DNA from: a virus
Virus genome (UHGV): UHGV-0060989
Strand: one strand, 5' to 3'
DNA: 16,644 nucleotides
Shown here: in pieces, positions 1 through 7,659 of the stretch
How positions within the stretch are numbered: the stretch's first letter is position 1
How the letters are laid out: every line of letters starts with the position of its first letter
The notes under the pieces: model-generated
Seen by the model: only the letters and a program-made list of their open reading frames with translations
Told to the model about the DNA's origin: nothing
Database searches by the model: none
Translations under genes and position numbers: made by a program

Positions 1-181
1 ATTTGAGTTTTGGGTTTAGCGTGACAAGTTTGCGAGGGTGATCGGAGTAATCAGTGAATAGCTCTCCTCCTACAATGACGTCATAACCATGATTTCTGGT
101 TTTCTGCCGTCCGTTATCAGTTCCCTCTGACCACGCCAGCATATCGAGGAACGCCTTACGTTGATTATTGATTTCCACCAT
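1..181 (-). CDS. R: Endolysin R (lambda-type lytic transglycosylase), N-terminal part only; gene continues beyond window start
   Basis: Reverse complement translates as [61 protein letters not shown], matching my recollection of lambda R. The ATG at 181..179 overlaps the S stop, as in lambda. Confidence 0.85.
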   Translation of the reverse strand, partial: MVEINNQRKAFLDMLAWSEGTDNGRQKTRNHGYDVIVGGELFTDYSDHPRKLVTLNPKLK

Positions 182-488
182 CTTCTACTCCGGCTTTTTT
201 AGCAGCGAAGCGTTTGATAAGCGAACCAATCGAGTCAGTGCCGATGTAGCCGATGAACACGCTCGTTATATAAGCGAGATTGCTACTTAGTCCGGCGAAG
301 TCGAGAAGGTCACGAATGAACCAGGCGATAATGGCGCACATCGTTGCGTCGATTACTGTTTTTGTAAACGCACCGCCATTATATCTGCCGCGAAGGTACG
401 CCATTGCAAACGCAAGGATTGCCCCGATGCCTTGTTCCTTTGCCGCGAGAATGGCGGCTAACAGGTCATGTTTTTCTGGCATCTTCAT
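165..488 (-). CDS. S: Holin S (class I holin/antiholin with dual Met1-Lys2-Met3 start)
   Basis: 107 aa [42 protein letters not shown]... is essentially the lambda S protein as I recall it, with one C-terminal difference (GGNQ here versus GRNQ). It lies immediately upstream of R. Confidence 0.95.
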   Translation of the reverse strand: MKMPEKHDLLAAILAAKEQGIGAILAFAMAYLRGRYNGGAFTKTVIDATMCAIIAWFIRDLLDFAGLSSNLAYITSVFIGYIGTDSIGSLIKRFAAKKAGVEDGGNQ

Positions 489-730
489 GTCTTACCCCCA
501 ATAAGGGGATTTGCTCTATTTAATTAGGAATAAGGTCGATTACTGATAGAACAAATCCAGGCTACTGTGTTTAGTAATCAGATTTGTTCGTGACCGATAT
601 GCACGGGCAAAACGGCAGGAGGTTGTTAGCGCAACCTCATGCCGCCCGCTTTCACGAAGATCATGTGTAGAAGGCCGCAGCATAACTATCACTGATGAAT
701 TCAGGATAGCCAGTGGCTACGGCTCAGTTA

Positions 731-806
731 TGGTGCTGGTTAACGGACTTGAACCGCTACCCATTCGCTTACAAGGCGACTGCTCTACCATTGGAGCTAA
801 ACCAGC
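731..806 (-). tRNA. tRNA-like gene, probably tRNA-Thr (anticodon UGU), 76 nt with encoded CCA
   Basis: Minus-strand sequence GCTGGTT-TA-GCTC-CAATGGTA-GAGC-A-GTCGC-CTTGTAA-GCGAA-TGGGT-AGCGG-TTCAAGT-CCGTT-AACCAGC-A-CCA folds by hand into a cloverleaf. It has a perfect 7 bp acceptor stem, GG in the D-loop, a TTCAAGT T-loop and a 7 nt anticodon loop with U33 and anticodon TGT. Confidence 0.6.
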
Positions 807-811
807 ATATT

Positions 812-886
812 TGGCGGGACAGCGTGGACTCGAACCACGATAAGAAGGTTAACAGCCTTCCGTAATGACCTTTATACGACTGACCC
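812..886 (-). tRNA. tRNA-like gene, probably tRNA-Asn (anticodon GUU), 75 nt with encoded CCA; one acceptor-stem mismatch
   Basis: Minus-strand sequence GGGTCAG-TC-GTAT-AAAGGTCA-TTAC-G-GAAGG-CTGTTAA-CCTTC-TTAT-CGTGG-TTCGAGT-CCACG-CTGTCCC-G-CCA. The anticodon stem and T-arm are perfect 5 bp helices and the T-loop GGTTCGAGTCC resembles E. coli tRNA-Asn. The acceptor stem has a T-T mismatch at pair 4-69. Confidence 0.5.
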
Positions 887-932
887 AAATAAAAAAAGCC
901 ACCGTTGCAACTTAAGAGTCACTAACGGCAGC
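887..932 (-). terminator. Candidate tR'-like intrinsic terminator (hairpin plus U7 tract) between Q and the tRNA genes
   Basis: Minus-sense GCUGCCGUU-(17 nt loop)-AACGGUGGC followed by UUUUUUUAUUU forms a 9 bp stem with two G-U pairs. The loop is long, so this is tentative. Confidence 0.35.
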
Positions 933-942
933 TTACCTTCTA

Positions 943-972
943 ATTATGGCTAAATGGCTAATTGCATGTCAA
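943..972 (-). promoter_or_regulatory. Candidate late promoter pR' (-35 TTGACA, 18 bp spacer, -10 CATAAT) overlapping the 3' end of Q
   Basis: Minus-sense TTGACAtgcaattagccatttagcCATAAT. Its position directly downstream of Q and upstream of the hairpin/U-tract fits a short late leader. Based on motif reading only. Confidence 0.35.
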
Positions 973-1468
973 GGCTTTTAACAGCAACATGCTTAACTTT
1001 CTCAACACGTTTACGCATTTTGAAAGCATTTTGCATTGGCTGGTATAAAACAAATAATGACGCTTTCAGGATGTCGTCAATTTCGTTTCTACAGGTTGCC
1101 AGTGAAGGTTTTCTCCATCCCTCGCCACCACGTCCACACATCTTGCGTGGCTTTGCAGTCGCGTGATAGTAGGATGCAATTGCTCGCTTAGATGAACCAT
1201 GAGCGTAGTAGCTGAGGAGGATGCCAAAGGCTTTTTTGTCAATGTACATGACGGAATCGACGACCTGAGAAATCAACATTCCATCATCATCATTGCACAT
1301 TGGCCTTGTCATAACTCTTCCCGGCTCTACGCTCTCCATGAACTTCGCTATTACGCTGCTCATGCGCTTTTCCAGACGACCTGAATAAACCCATGCGCCC
1401 CACAGTTCAAGCCAGCCATTCAGCCACTCGTGCTGCTCTTTGGTGAGGTTTAGTTCTCTTATGCCCAT
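950..1468 (-). CDS. Q: Late-gene antiterminator Q (non-lambda allele, Phage_antitermQ family)
   Basis: 172 aa ORF containing the ELWGAW motif and cysteine/histidine-rich segments. It sits between ninI and the lysis genes, has a GGGAGAAGG ribosome-binding site, and is not the lambda Q sequence. Confidence 0.8.
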   Translation of the reverse strand: MGIRELNLTKEQHEWLNGWLELWGAWVYSGRLEKRMSSVIAKFMESVEPGRVMTRPMCNDDDGMLISQVVDSVMYIDKKAFGILLSYYAHGSSKRAIASYYHATAKPRKMCGRGGEGWRKPSLATCRNEIDDILKASLFVLYQPMQNAFKMRKRVEKVKHVAVKSLDMQLAI

Positions 1469-2130
1469 GCGCCTTCTCCCTGTACCTGAATCAATGTGAG
1501 GTTTCCGCAGAACACTGCGCCGGTATCGATATACATCTGGTTGGCAAATTTGAGTGGTTTCACTGCTGGCGTATGACCAAAGATGAACGTGTCCGCGCCT
1601 TTAATTTCTTTCACGATCCCGTCTTGTGAGTTGCTGATTCGTTCGCGGTTCCAGATTACCTGCTGATGATCAACTGGCTTTCCAAACTCGTATTCGTCAC
1701 AAGGATAATCGGCGTGGCAGATGACATATTTTTTATCTTTGCTCACCAGTTCGATGATTAACGGAAGTTCATCTGCTTTATGGGCAAGAGCTTTAGCCAG
1801 AATTTCTTTGTCGTAATCGAGATTAAAGAACCAGCCACCGCCATTAAGCATCCAGTGATTGACGTTTCCGTGCTCTGATAAGCCATCAATCATCATTTGC
1901 TCATGGTTTCCACGTACAGCTCTGAACCAGGGGAATGTGATTAATTCCAGGCATTCGACGTTCTCTGTACCGCGATCGACCAAATCGCCAACCGAGATAA
2001 GCAGGTCTTTTTTGGTGTCGAATCCTATCGTCTCCAGTTTTTTCATCAGGTTCGTGTAGCATCCGTGCAGATCGCCAACTACCCAAATATTTCGGTATTT
2101 GCTGCCATCAATTTTTTCGTAATAGCGCAT
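1459..2130 (-). CDS. ninI: NinI Ser/Thr protein phosphatase (calcineurin-like phosphoesterase)
   Basis: From the internal Met the product is [25 protein letters not shown]...GDLVDRG...GNHE..., carrying the metallophosphatase motifs and closely matching the lambda phosphatase. The 248 aa six-frame ORF is an upstream extension that overlaps ninH. Confidence 0.9.
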   Translation of the reverse strand: MRYYEKIDGSKYRNIWVVGDLHGCYTNLMKKLETIGFDTKKDLLISVGDLVDRGTENVECLELITFPWFRAVRGNHEQMMIDGLSEHGNVNHWMLNGGGWFFNLDYDKEILAKALAHKADELPLIIELVSKDKKYVICHADYPCDEYEFGKPVDHQQVIWNRERISNSQDGIVKEIKGADTFIFGHTPAVKPLKFANQMYIDTGAVFCGNLTLIQVQGEGAWA

Positions 2131-2314
2131 CTCTTTCACTCCATCCGCGATGAACCATGAGAACGTCGTTGACGATGGCGTGCATTTTCCCGTCTTTATC
2201 ATCAACGTATTTTCTGACCGTACCGCGACTACATTTCAGTCTGCGTGCTACTTCTGTCTGGTTTCCGTATGCTTCAACGAGCATGTCTGGAATGGTTTTT
2301 ACTGAGAACGTCAT
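2108..2314 (-). CDS. ninH: NinH
   Basis: 68 aa [39 protein letters not shown]... matches my recollection of lambda NinH. The start overlaps the ninG stop (ATGA). Confidence 0.85.
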   Translation of the reverse strand: MTFSVKTIPDMLVEAYGNQTEVARRLKCSRGTVRKYVDDKDGKMHAIVNDVLMVHRGWSERDALLRKN

Positions 2315-2913
2315 GCGGCCTCACTTCTGCTATTTCGCAGGTCTTTGAGTTTCTGCTGATACTCCGCCTTGATGGCCCTGCACTCTTCGACAGTCCAGCG
2401 ATGGCGGTTATGGTTTGATTCGATTTCGTCTACTGCTTCCTGCCCGATGCGATTAATCAGTTCGACGCGATACGGAACGAGATTTCCGCTTTTGTGCTGG
2501 TTGCACACCACGCATTGCTTGTGAATATTGCGTTCATCAAATCGGAGTTGAGGTGCCGCAGCAGTTGTCCGGTAATGTCCGGCATCCCACTGAGCAGACG
2601 TGAGCGTTCCGCACGAGATACATGGTAAGTCGCGGTCTCTTTCTCTGATGAAGGCGTTTACGGCTTGTTGGGCTTGTTTAATCCAGTAACTGCGGGGCTT
2701 TAAGGCGAGTTTTCGAATCTTCAGTTTATCTTTCTGTTTCTGCTCCTCTCGTCGTCGTTTCTTCTCTGCTGCTTTTTCCGCTTTTTCGCGTTCTTTACTT
2801 CGTCGTTCGAGTGCTATCTTGGTTCCACAAATCTCATTACACCAATATTGATTTTGATATTTTGGTATAAACCATTCATTGCAACATTTACATTTCCTTC
2901 GATAGATTCGCAT
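2311..2913 (-). CDS. ninG: NinG / Rap (recombination-associated protein), divergent N-terminus with its own start
   Basis: From the Met at 2913 the product is [58 protein letters not shown]..., collinear with lambda NinG after its first ~10 residues. A strong AAGGAG site lies 5 nt upstream of this ATG. The 220 aa track ORF is an upstream extension. Confidence 0.85.
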   Translation of the reverse strand: MRIYRRKCKCCNEWFIPKYQNQYWCNEICGTKIALERRSKEREKAEKAAEKKRRREEQKQKDKLKIRKLALKPRSYWIKQAQQAVNAFIRERDRDLPCISCGTLTSAQWDAGHYRTTAAAPQLRFDERNIHKQCVVCNQHKSGNLVPYRVELINRIGQEAVDEIESNHNRHRWTVEECRAIKAEYQQKLKDLRNSRSEAA

Positions 2914-3454
2914 AAGTGCTCCTTTCGTTGCCGGAAAAATCACCGTAATACTTATCTCGGGCTTCTTCAGCAACTAGTACCGCTAACTCCAGATCATCAA
3001 AGCATCCGAAGTGTTTACTCTTGCCATGGAAACCTAGCCTAACATTCCATTTTTTCTGTCGTTTGTGCCAAGTAACTCCTCTGCAACCTGATTTGCTATT
3101 CTTTCGGATCCTTATATTTCTTGAATTTTCTATTGGCAGGCATTCTCTTAAATTTTCTGGCCTATTGTCGGTCCTAATTCCATTAACGTGGTCAATTTGA
3201 CCAGCAGGCCAACGATTATGAGTTATGTAAAAAACTAAGACGTGAGTTTTATATCTACGCCCATCTATCATGATCATTGAATAACCGTTGGAATCAAAAG
3301 TTCCAGCAACACTATTTAATGCTATCCTTCCCTGAGTGGGAACTTTCCATCTAAATACCCCGGTAGATTTATCGAAACTTAGTAACTCAAATATCCTTTT
3401 AACAGTTAAATCTTCTCTTTTACGGTTACATCGTCTTCGCGCTGGTTTAGCCAT
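2888..3454 (-). CDS. HNH homing endonuclease with C-terminal AP2 DNA-binding domain, fused in frame to the first ~10 codons of lambda-type ninG
   Basis: The product starts MAKPARRRC, identical to the lambda NinG N-terminus, then continues ...[23 protein letters not shown]...[23 protein letters not shown] (HNH_3 motif) and ...[49 protein letters not shown] (AP2-like). The body is AT-rich relative to its flanks. Confidence 0.8.
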   Translation of the reverse strand: MAKPARRRCNRKREDLTVKRIFELLSFDKSTGVFRWKVPTQGRIALNSVAGTFDSNGYSMIMIDGRRYKTHVLVFYITHNRWPAGQIDHVNGIRTDNRPENLRECLPIENSRNIRIRKNSKSGCRGVTWHKRQKKWNVRLGFHGKSKHFGCFDDLELAVLVAEEARDKYYGDFSGNERSTYANLSKEM

Positions 3455-3641
3455 CATCTTCTTCCTCGTGCATCGAGCTATTCGAATCGCTCATCAGCTC
3501 TGCACAGCAGTACTCACACACGTGAACTTCCAGCACATGCAACTTCTGACCGCAGTTAGCGCACGTTAAAGCCCGCTCGACGCTTTCTTGTTCGTAACTT
3601 CGATTTGGGTCAATCACCTTGTTTTCCTCATGCGGTTCCAT
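3447..3641 (-). CDS. ninF: NinF
   Basis: The C-terminal 64 aa of the 153 aa track ORF, from Met90: [64 protein letters not shown]. This resembles lambda NinF, and its stop overlaps the ninG-type start as in lambda. Confidence 0.7.
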   Translation of the reverse strand: MEPHEENKVIDPNRSYEQESVERALTCANCGQKLHVLEVHVCEYCCAELMSDSNSSMHEEEDDG

Positions 3642-3790
3642 TTGGCCTGTAACAGCCCGTAGACATAATCGAATGTCTTTACCTGGCTTTCTGTGGGGAT
3701 TGGTTTCTTGCGGGATTTGGTGCGTTTGGTAGGAGTAAAAATCAGGTTGTCTAACGCTATTTGAGTAATGCTTCGTCGCTGTCTCGCCAC
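3614..3790 (-). CDS. ninE: NinE-like small basic protein (probable GTG start)
   Basis: Hand translation gives (V/M)[57 protein letters not shown], which resembles lambda NinE. An AGGAGG site lies just upstream. Not in the ORF track (under 60 aa). Confidence 0.5.
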   Translation of the reverse strand: MARQRRSITQIALDNLIFTPTKRTKSRKKPIPTESQVKTFDYVYGLLQAKWNRMRKTR

Positions 3791-3930
3791 ACGTCCTCCT
3801 TTTCCTGCGGTAGTGGTAACACCCCTGTTGGTGTTCTTTCACACCGGAGACACCATCGATTCCAGTAAGGTTGATTTGGTCGGAAGCGGTTATCTTCTTT
3901 GCATTCACCGCACCGATAACATCGCATCAT
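3757..3930 (-). CDS. ninD: NinD (Cys-rich small protein)
   Basis: [57 protein letters not shown] (57 aa), read from the internal Met pair of the 77 aa track ORF. The start overlaps the ninB stop. Confidence 0.7.
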   Translation of the reverse strand: MMRCYRCGECKEDNRFRPNQPYWNRWCLRCERTPTGVLPLPQEKEDVWRDSDEALLK

Positions 3931-4367
3931 GCTGCCCGGTCTCCCCATCGCGCTTTCCACTCCAGAGCCAGTCGCGCTTCGTCTGACCACTTAACGCCAC
4001 GCTCTGCACCGAATGCCTGTATAAGCTCTAATAGCTCCGCAAATTCGCTTACACGCATCCTGCTGGTTGACTGGCCTATTACCACAAAGCCATTCCCGGC
4101 AAGGTTAGGAACAACATCCTGCTGCTTTAATGCTGCGGTAAACACACACTTCCAGCTTTCTGCATCCAGCCAGCGACCATGCCATTCAACCTGACGAGAG
4201 ACGTCACCTAAGCAGGCCCATAGCTTCCTGTTTTGGTCTAAGCTGCGGTTGCGCTCCTGAATGATCACTACGATTGGCTTGGTTGGGTCTGGAAGGATTT
4301 GCTGTACTGCGTGAATAGCGTTTTGCTGATGTGCTGGAGATCGAATTTCAAAGGTTAGTTTTTTCAT
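3927..4367 (-). CDS. ninB: NinB (recombination mediator)
   Basis: From [34 protein letters not shown]... the 146 aa product matches lambda NinB. A GGAGAGGG ribosome-binding site lies upstream. Confidence 0.9.
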   Translation of the reverse strand: MKKLTFEIRSPAHQQNAIHAVQQILPDPTKPIVVIIQERNRSLDQNRKLWACLGDVSRQVEWHGRWLDAESWKCVFTAALKQQDVVPNLAGNGFVVIGQSTSRMRVSEFAELLELIQAFGAERGVKWSDEARLALEWKARWGDRAA

Positions 4368-4380
4368 GACTTCCCTCTCC

Positions 4381-4415
4381 CCCAAATAAAAAGGCCTGCG
4401 ATTACCAGCAGGCCT
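4381..4415 (-). terminator. tR2-like intrinsic terminator between the replication genes and the nin region
   Basis: Minus-sense AGGCCUGC-uggUaauc-GCAGGCCU (8 bp stem) followed by UUUUUAUUUGGG. Confidence 0.6.
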
Positions 4416-4440
4416 GTTATTAGCTCAGTGATGTAGATGG

Positions 4441-5817
4441 TCATACGTCAGCCCCTTGTGCATATCGTCTGCCACGTGCAGCAGGTGCATTTGATGTTGT
4501 GCAAATCTGTCTGGCTTCATCCTGGTCACATGCAACAAAGTGTCCGTTGCAGAACCGCTGGTAAACCGTACCAAGCGAGCCAAAACGGTTTTTCGTCACG
4601 ATGATTTCAGCAAATGGCGCGGCGCTACTGTTCTCGTCATATACCGCTTCCCGATAGAGCATGATGATTGAGTCTGCGTCCTGTTCAATGCTTCCAGAAT
4701 CACGCAAATCTGCGTTTGTCGGGCGTTTGTTTGGTCGCTTCTCAACATCGCGCGAAAGCTGACTCAGGGAGATAACAGGCGTTTTCAGGTCTTTCGCCAT
4801 CGCCTTCAGGCTTCCGGAGATGTGAGCAATTGCGAGGTCGTTGCGATCTGCTTTCGGCTTCTCAATCAGGCCAAGATAATCCGCCATGATGAGTGACAGG
4901 TTTGGATTTTCCTGTTTATGCCGTTCTGCGATTGAGCGTATTTCTTCGACCGATAACCGCGAGGCATCGACTACCCATACATCCAAATCTGCAAGCTGAC
5001 TCATGCCGTTAGCAACACGCGCCCAGCCTTCGTCATCCATCGATGCAGGATTTCGCAGTACGCTAACCGACATCCTCCCGGCGTTGGCAATGCTTCGCTC
5101 TGCAATCTGCAATGCGCTCATTTCCATTGAGAAAATCAATACTCCGCGCCGGACGTCAGAACCAGGAATAACGCGGCTTGCAACACCTTCGGCAATCTTC
5201 AGCGCCAGCTCGGTTTTCCCCATACCAGGACGAGCAGCGATTATCACCAGGTCTTCCGCGTTCATCCCTCCGGTGATGGCGTCAAGTTCTTCGATTCCGG
5301 TCTTCAGGGTATCTGATTCCTCTCCGTTCCTCAGACGCCTGTCAAGCGTGTCAGTGTAGTCAGTGATGATTTCCCCTAACCGTACAGGTTTAACCTCGTC
5401 ACGGGGCTTTCTGATGGCTGAAAGACGCTTTACAAGCTCGTCCATCGCCTGACTCGATGTATCGATGGTTCCGCTCTGAATTGGTTCACGCATTTCATCC
5501 ATGATTTCCAGCACCAGACGGCGGTGATAGTTATCCGCGACCATTCCGGCATATCCCTTCAGGTTTGCGGCACTCGGGCAGTTCTTACTGGTCATCAGGA
5601 TTGACGTGAAATGCTCCTCTCCGCACGCCTCGGCAACCATCAGCGCGTCGATTAGGTTTCTGTTTCTCGCCTGCTTACGGATAACTTCGAAGGCTTTCCT
5701 GTAGAGCGGAATTGAAAACGCTTCCGGCTCAAGCGTTGCCAGAACGTCACTGGCGGTTGGAGTTAATCCACCAATCAGCAGGCCACCGATAACGCTCGCT
5801 TCGATATCCTGTCTCAT
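4441..5817 (-). CDS. Replicative DNA helicase (DnaB family, P22 gene 12-like)
   Basis: 458 aa ORF with Walker A ([12 protein letters not shown]), a DnaB-like N-terminal domain and RecA-like core motifs. It follows the O-like gene with an ATGA overlap. Confidence 0.9.
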   Translation of the reverse strand: MRQDIEASVIGGLLIGGLTPTASDVLATLEPEAFSIPLYRKAFEVIRKQARNRNLIDALMVAEACGEEHFTSILMTSKNCPSAANLKGYAGMVADNYHRRLVLEIMDEMREPIQSGTIDTSSQAMDELVKRLSAIRKPRDEVKPVRLGEIITDYTDTLDRRLRNGEESDTLKTGIEELDAITGGMNAEDLVIIAARPGMGKTELALKIAEGVASRVIPGSDVRRGVLIFSMEMSALQIAERSIANAGRMSVSVLRNPASMDDEGWARVANGMSQLADLDVWVVDASRLSVEEIRSIAERHKQENPNLSLIMADYLGLIEKPKADRNDLAIAHISGSLKAMAKDLKTPVISLSQLSRDVEKRPNKRPTNADLRDSGSIEQDADSIIMLYREAVYDENSSAAPFAEIIVTKNRFGSLGTVYQRFCNGHFVACDQDEARQICTTSNAPAARGRRYAQGADV

Positions 5818-6650
5818 GCAATCCCCCTGTCTGCAAACTTCCCTTCCCGAACTCCCGTTAACGAGTCTTCCCTCAGCAGGTAATCAAAATCTGCCGTCCA
5901 GCCCGTGTCGTTGTCTCCGAAGTAAAACGGCTTGGCCTGATGCACAAACGCCCTGACATACGCTCTGAAACCGTCCACGTTTGGCGTTTTCAGTTGCGGA
6001 ATGATTTTCTTCAGGCGACGTTTGCGTTTCTCGTTGACCGCAACAGCATGAGGAAGTCTGTCACCGACTTCGGTGTTGTAGGCGTTCAGGAAGGATTCGT
6101 AGTCGATGCGTTCTGCCTTGCGACGTTCAGGTTTAACCTGCCCATCGCCGCCCCCATTGGGGGGTAGGGGGGTATTTGTATTTATTGTCTTTTGTATATT
6201 GTCTTTTGTGTTTGACTGATTCGGTAAATTGCTTTTTACCGATTTAGTGAAGGTTTGTTTTACCGAATTGGTAAATGTTTTACCGAATCCGTTAACTTTC
6301 GTTTTCCACTCGGAAATGTTTGTATTCATACCAACTTGACGCCCCACCTGAATGAGAACTCCCATTCTGATAAGCTCGTTTTTGGCGGTAGAGCATTTGG
6401 TTGGTGCCATGCCAGTGAGTTCAGCGAACTGTTCGTTTCCGATCCAATCTATTTTTTTGTTGTAACCGTATGTCTTGCGCCACACAGCCATAACAATCAG
6501 TAGCTGATGTTGAGTAAGCCCGGAAAGCATGACGGCTTCTAACAGTGTGTTTGCAGTCCGAGTGTAGCCATCTTCGAGTTCTGCCACGCGATACTCCACC
6601 GCCTCCAGATGAGGTCGTATAGGTATGACTTTCTCATACGCCAGATTCAT
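5814..6650 (-). CDS. Replication initiator, lambda O-like N-terminal domain (P22 gene 18-like)
   Basis: The N-terminal region [48 protein letters not shown]...NISEW parallels the lambda O N-domain. The start is placed at the Met preceded by GGAGAGGAAAG; the track start at 6668 is the alternative. Iterons lie inside the gene. Confidence 0.85.
   Translation of the reverse strand: MNLAYEKVIPIRPHLEAVEYRVAELEDGYTRTANTLLEAVMLSGLTQHQLLIVMAVWRKTYGYNKKIDWIGNEQFAELTGMAPTKCSTAKNELIRMGVLIQVGRQVGMNTNISEWKTKVNGFGKTFTNSVKQTFTKSVKSNLPNQSNTKDNIQKTINTNTPLPPNGGGDGQVKPERRKAERIDYESFLNAYNTEVGDRLPHAVAVNEKRKRRLKKIIPQLKTPNVDGFRAYVRAFVHQAKPFYFGDNDTGWTADFDYLLREDSLTGVREGKFADRGIA
6180..6300. repeat. Putative replication origin: iterons plus AT-rich tract inside the O-like gene
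   Basis: ttgtcttttgt occurs twice (6185..6209). TTTTACCGA(A/T)T occurs three times in direct orientation, with ATTCGGTAAA / TTGGTAAAT in inverse orientation (6219..6287). A G-rich tract ggggggtagggggg sits just upstream. Confidence 0.55.
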
Positions 6651-6810
6651 CTTTCCTCTCCATGCCATTAATCATGATTTCGACGCAAAGAAGAACGCAT
6701 TCATTGCATATAGAAACCCCGGGGCCAGCAATGATGTGCTTAACCTCGAGGTTCGTTTTATCGCAAAAAGAACACTTGTGAGTCGGCGCGATTGTTTGGG
6801 TGTTACTCAT
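6634..6810 (-). CDS. Small standalone ClpX-type C4 zinc-finger protein (58 aa), overlapping the O-like start
   Basis: Hand translation: [58 protein letters not shown]. The CSFCxK...IAGPxVxICxECVxLC pattern matches the ClpX N-terminal zinc-binding domain. A GGAGAAAGG site lies upstream. Not in the ORF track. Confidence 0.6.
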   Translation of the reverse strand: MSNTQTIAPTHKCSFCDKTNLEVKHIIAGPGVSICNECVLLCVEIMINGMERKDESGV

Positions 6811-6949
6811 GACCTTTCTCCTTCCGCATCAGCTTCACTTTTTCCAACTCAGCCCGGAATCGACCAGGCTGCTTGAAGCTGGACAGGAAGCGATCACGTA
6901 GTATGTGTTTGTGAATTTTGTCCTGGTAAGGACTGAGTTGTTTTGTCAT
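6803..6949 (-). CDS. Hypothetical small basic protein (48 aa) between cII and the zinc-finger ORF
   Basis: [48 protein letters not shown] with an AGGAG site 5 nt upstream. Its stop overlaps the zinc-finger ORF start. Not in the ORF track. Confidence 0.4.
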   Translation of the reverse strand: MTKQLSPYQDKIHKHILRDRFLSSFKQPGRFRAELEKVKLMRKEKGHE

Positions 6950-6981
6950 AATTACTCCTGTGGATTGATCCAGTAATTCCC

Positions 6982-7278
6982 TCAGAATTGCATATCAGTT
7001 TGCTTAAAATCCTCGGTGGCGGCCGGGGATTTTTTCTTTGTGATTTCATCAAGCGCATACTTAAAAGCCCTGCTAATCGGACTGATGTCTGATGCCATTC
7101 CGAAAGCACACAAGACCGAAGCAATAAATCTCCAGTCCGTTCTGCTTATCTTCGATTCATGACAGCCAATCATCTTTGCCAGACCGCGCTGGGTAAGCGT
7201 TGACAGGTTGATGAGTAAATCAGTTTCAGCGCGATCAATTTCTCGCTGTGTTGGCTTGCTGTAGCTTGCTTGTGCCAT
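6982..7278 (-). CDS. cII: CII-like transcriptional activator (P22 C1 / lambda CII family)
   Basis: 98 aa; the segment ...[19 protein letters not shown]...[20 protein letters not shown] parallels the lambda CII C-terminal region (KKRPAATERSEQIQMEF). It lies immediately downstream of cro. Confidence 0.85.
   Translation of the reverse strand: MAQASYSKPTQREIDRAETDLLINLSTLTQRGLAKMIGCHESKISRTDWRFIASVLCAFGMASDISPISRAFKYALDEITKKKSPAATEDFKQTDMQF
7256..7269 (+). promoter_or_regulatory. Candidate CII-binding box of pRE (TTGC-N6-TTGC) inside the cII 5' end, oriented toward the repressor gene
   Basis: TTGCtgtagcTTGC on the plus strand, at the position of lambda pRE. Confidence 0.4.
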
Positions 7279-7344
7279 TTGTTAATTTTCCTATATTGAT
7301 ATTGAGTTATAGCGGCACACCCAATGGATTTGCCGCTGATGTTT

Positions 7345-7386
7345 GCTCACCCGGTTAGAGGTGAAAGGCCAGAACTGTTAAAGAGC
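7345..7386 (-). promoter_or_regulatory. nutR (boxA GCTCTTTAACA plus phi21-type boxB hairpin)
   Basis: Minus-sense GCTCTTTAACA, then UCACC-ucuaaccg-GGUGA downstream of cro. Loop content is shared with the nutL boxB at 8495..8514. Confidence 0.55.
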
Positions 7387-7393
7387 AATTTGC

Positions 7394-7579
7394 TTATGCC
7401 GCTTGGCGGTAAGCACTTTCTTGATACTTCAGGGCGCCAGCTGTAACGATTTCCAATCGATAGGCGTCTTTCTCTGGGATAACTTCTTTCCACTGAGAGA
7501 CTGCTGCATCGCTAATGCCTAGTGCTTTAGCAACAGCACGCTGGGTTCCGAAGTGGTCAATAACATCTTTTTTGTACAT
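7394..7579 (-). CDS. cro: Cro repressor (P22-type)
   Basis: 61 aa MYKKDVIDHFGTQRAVAKALGISDAAVSQWKEVIPEKDAYRLEIVTAGALKYQESAYRQAA, nearly identical to P22 Cro as I recall it. Confidence 0.95.
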   Translation of the reverse strand: MYKKDVIDHFGTQRAVAKALGISDAAVSQWKEVIPEKDAYRLEIVTAGALKYQESAYRQAA

Positions 7580-7659
7580 AGACTCGCTCCGAAATTAAAG
7601 AACACTTAAATTATCCACCAAAGGAATCTTAAGTCAAGTTTATTTAAGATGTCTTAACT
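7580..7659. promoter_or_regulatory. Divergent OR/PR/PRM region with P22-type 18 bp operators
   Basis: Operator-like palindromes ATTAAAGAACACTTAAAT (7594..7611) and ATTTAAGATGTCTTAACT (7642..7659), plus a probable third site around 7618..7637. PR on the minus strand reads TTGACT-17 bp-ATAATT. The c2 start has no Shine-Dalgarno site, consistent with a leaderless PRM transcript. Confidence 0.75.

Noticed and set aside
1459-2205. 248 aa extended form of the phosphatase ORF
   Set aside because: The N-terminal 25 codons overlap ninH; similarity to the lambda phosphatase starts at the internal Met (MRYYEKIDG).
2311-2973. 220 aa extended form of ninG
   Set aside because: The upstream 20 codons lie inside the endonuclease gene with no ribosome-binding site. 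The Met at 2913 has a strong AAGGAG site and aligns with the NinG N-terminus.
3447-3908. 153 aa ORF reported as one gene
   Set aside because: Only the C-terminal 64 aa match NinF. The upstream part is read-through across the ninE region in a different frame from the real NinE.
3871-4194. 107 aa plus-strand ORF
   Set aside because: Antisense within ninB and ninD.
5003-5359. 118 aa plus-strand ORF
   Set aside because: Antisense within the helicase gene; Ser/Pro/Arg-rich translation typical of an antisense frame.
6180-6300. Possible CRISPR-like repeat array
   Set aside because: Repeats are short (9 to 11 bp), irregularly spaced and lie inside the initiator gene. They fit replication-origin iterons, not CRISPR repeat-spacer units.
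6625-6876. 83 aa plus-strand ORF
   Set aside because: Antisense to the ClpX-type zinc-finger ORF and the O-like gene start, with no ribosome-binding site.
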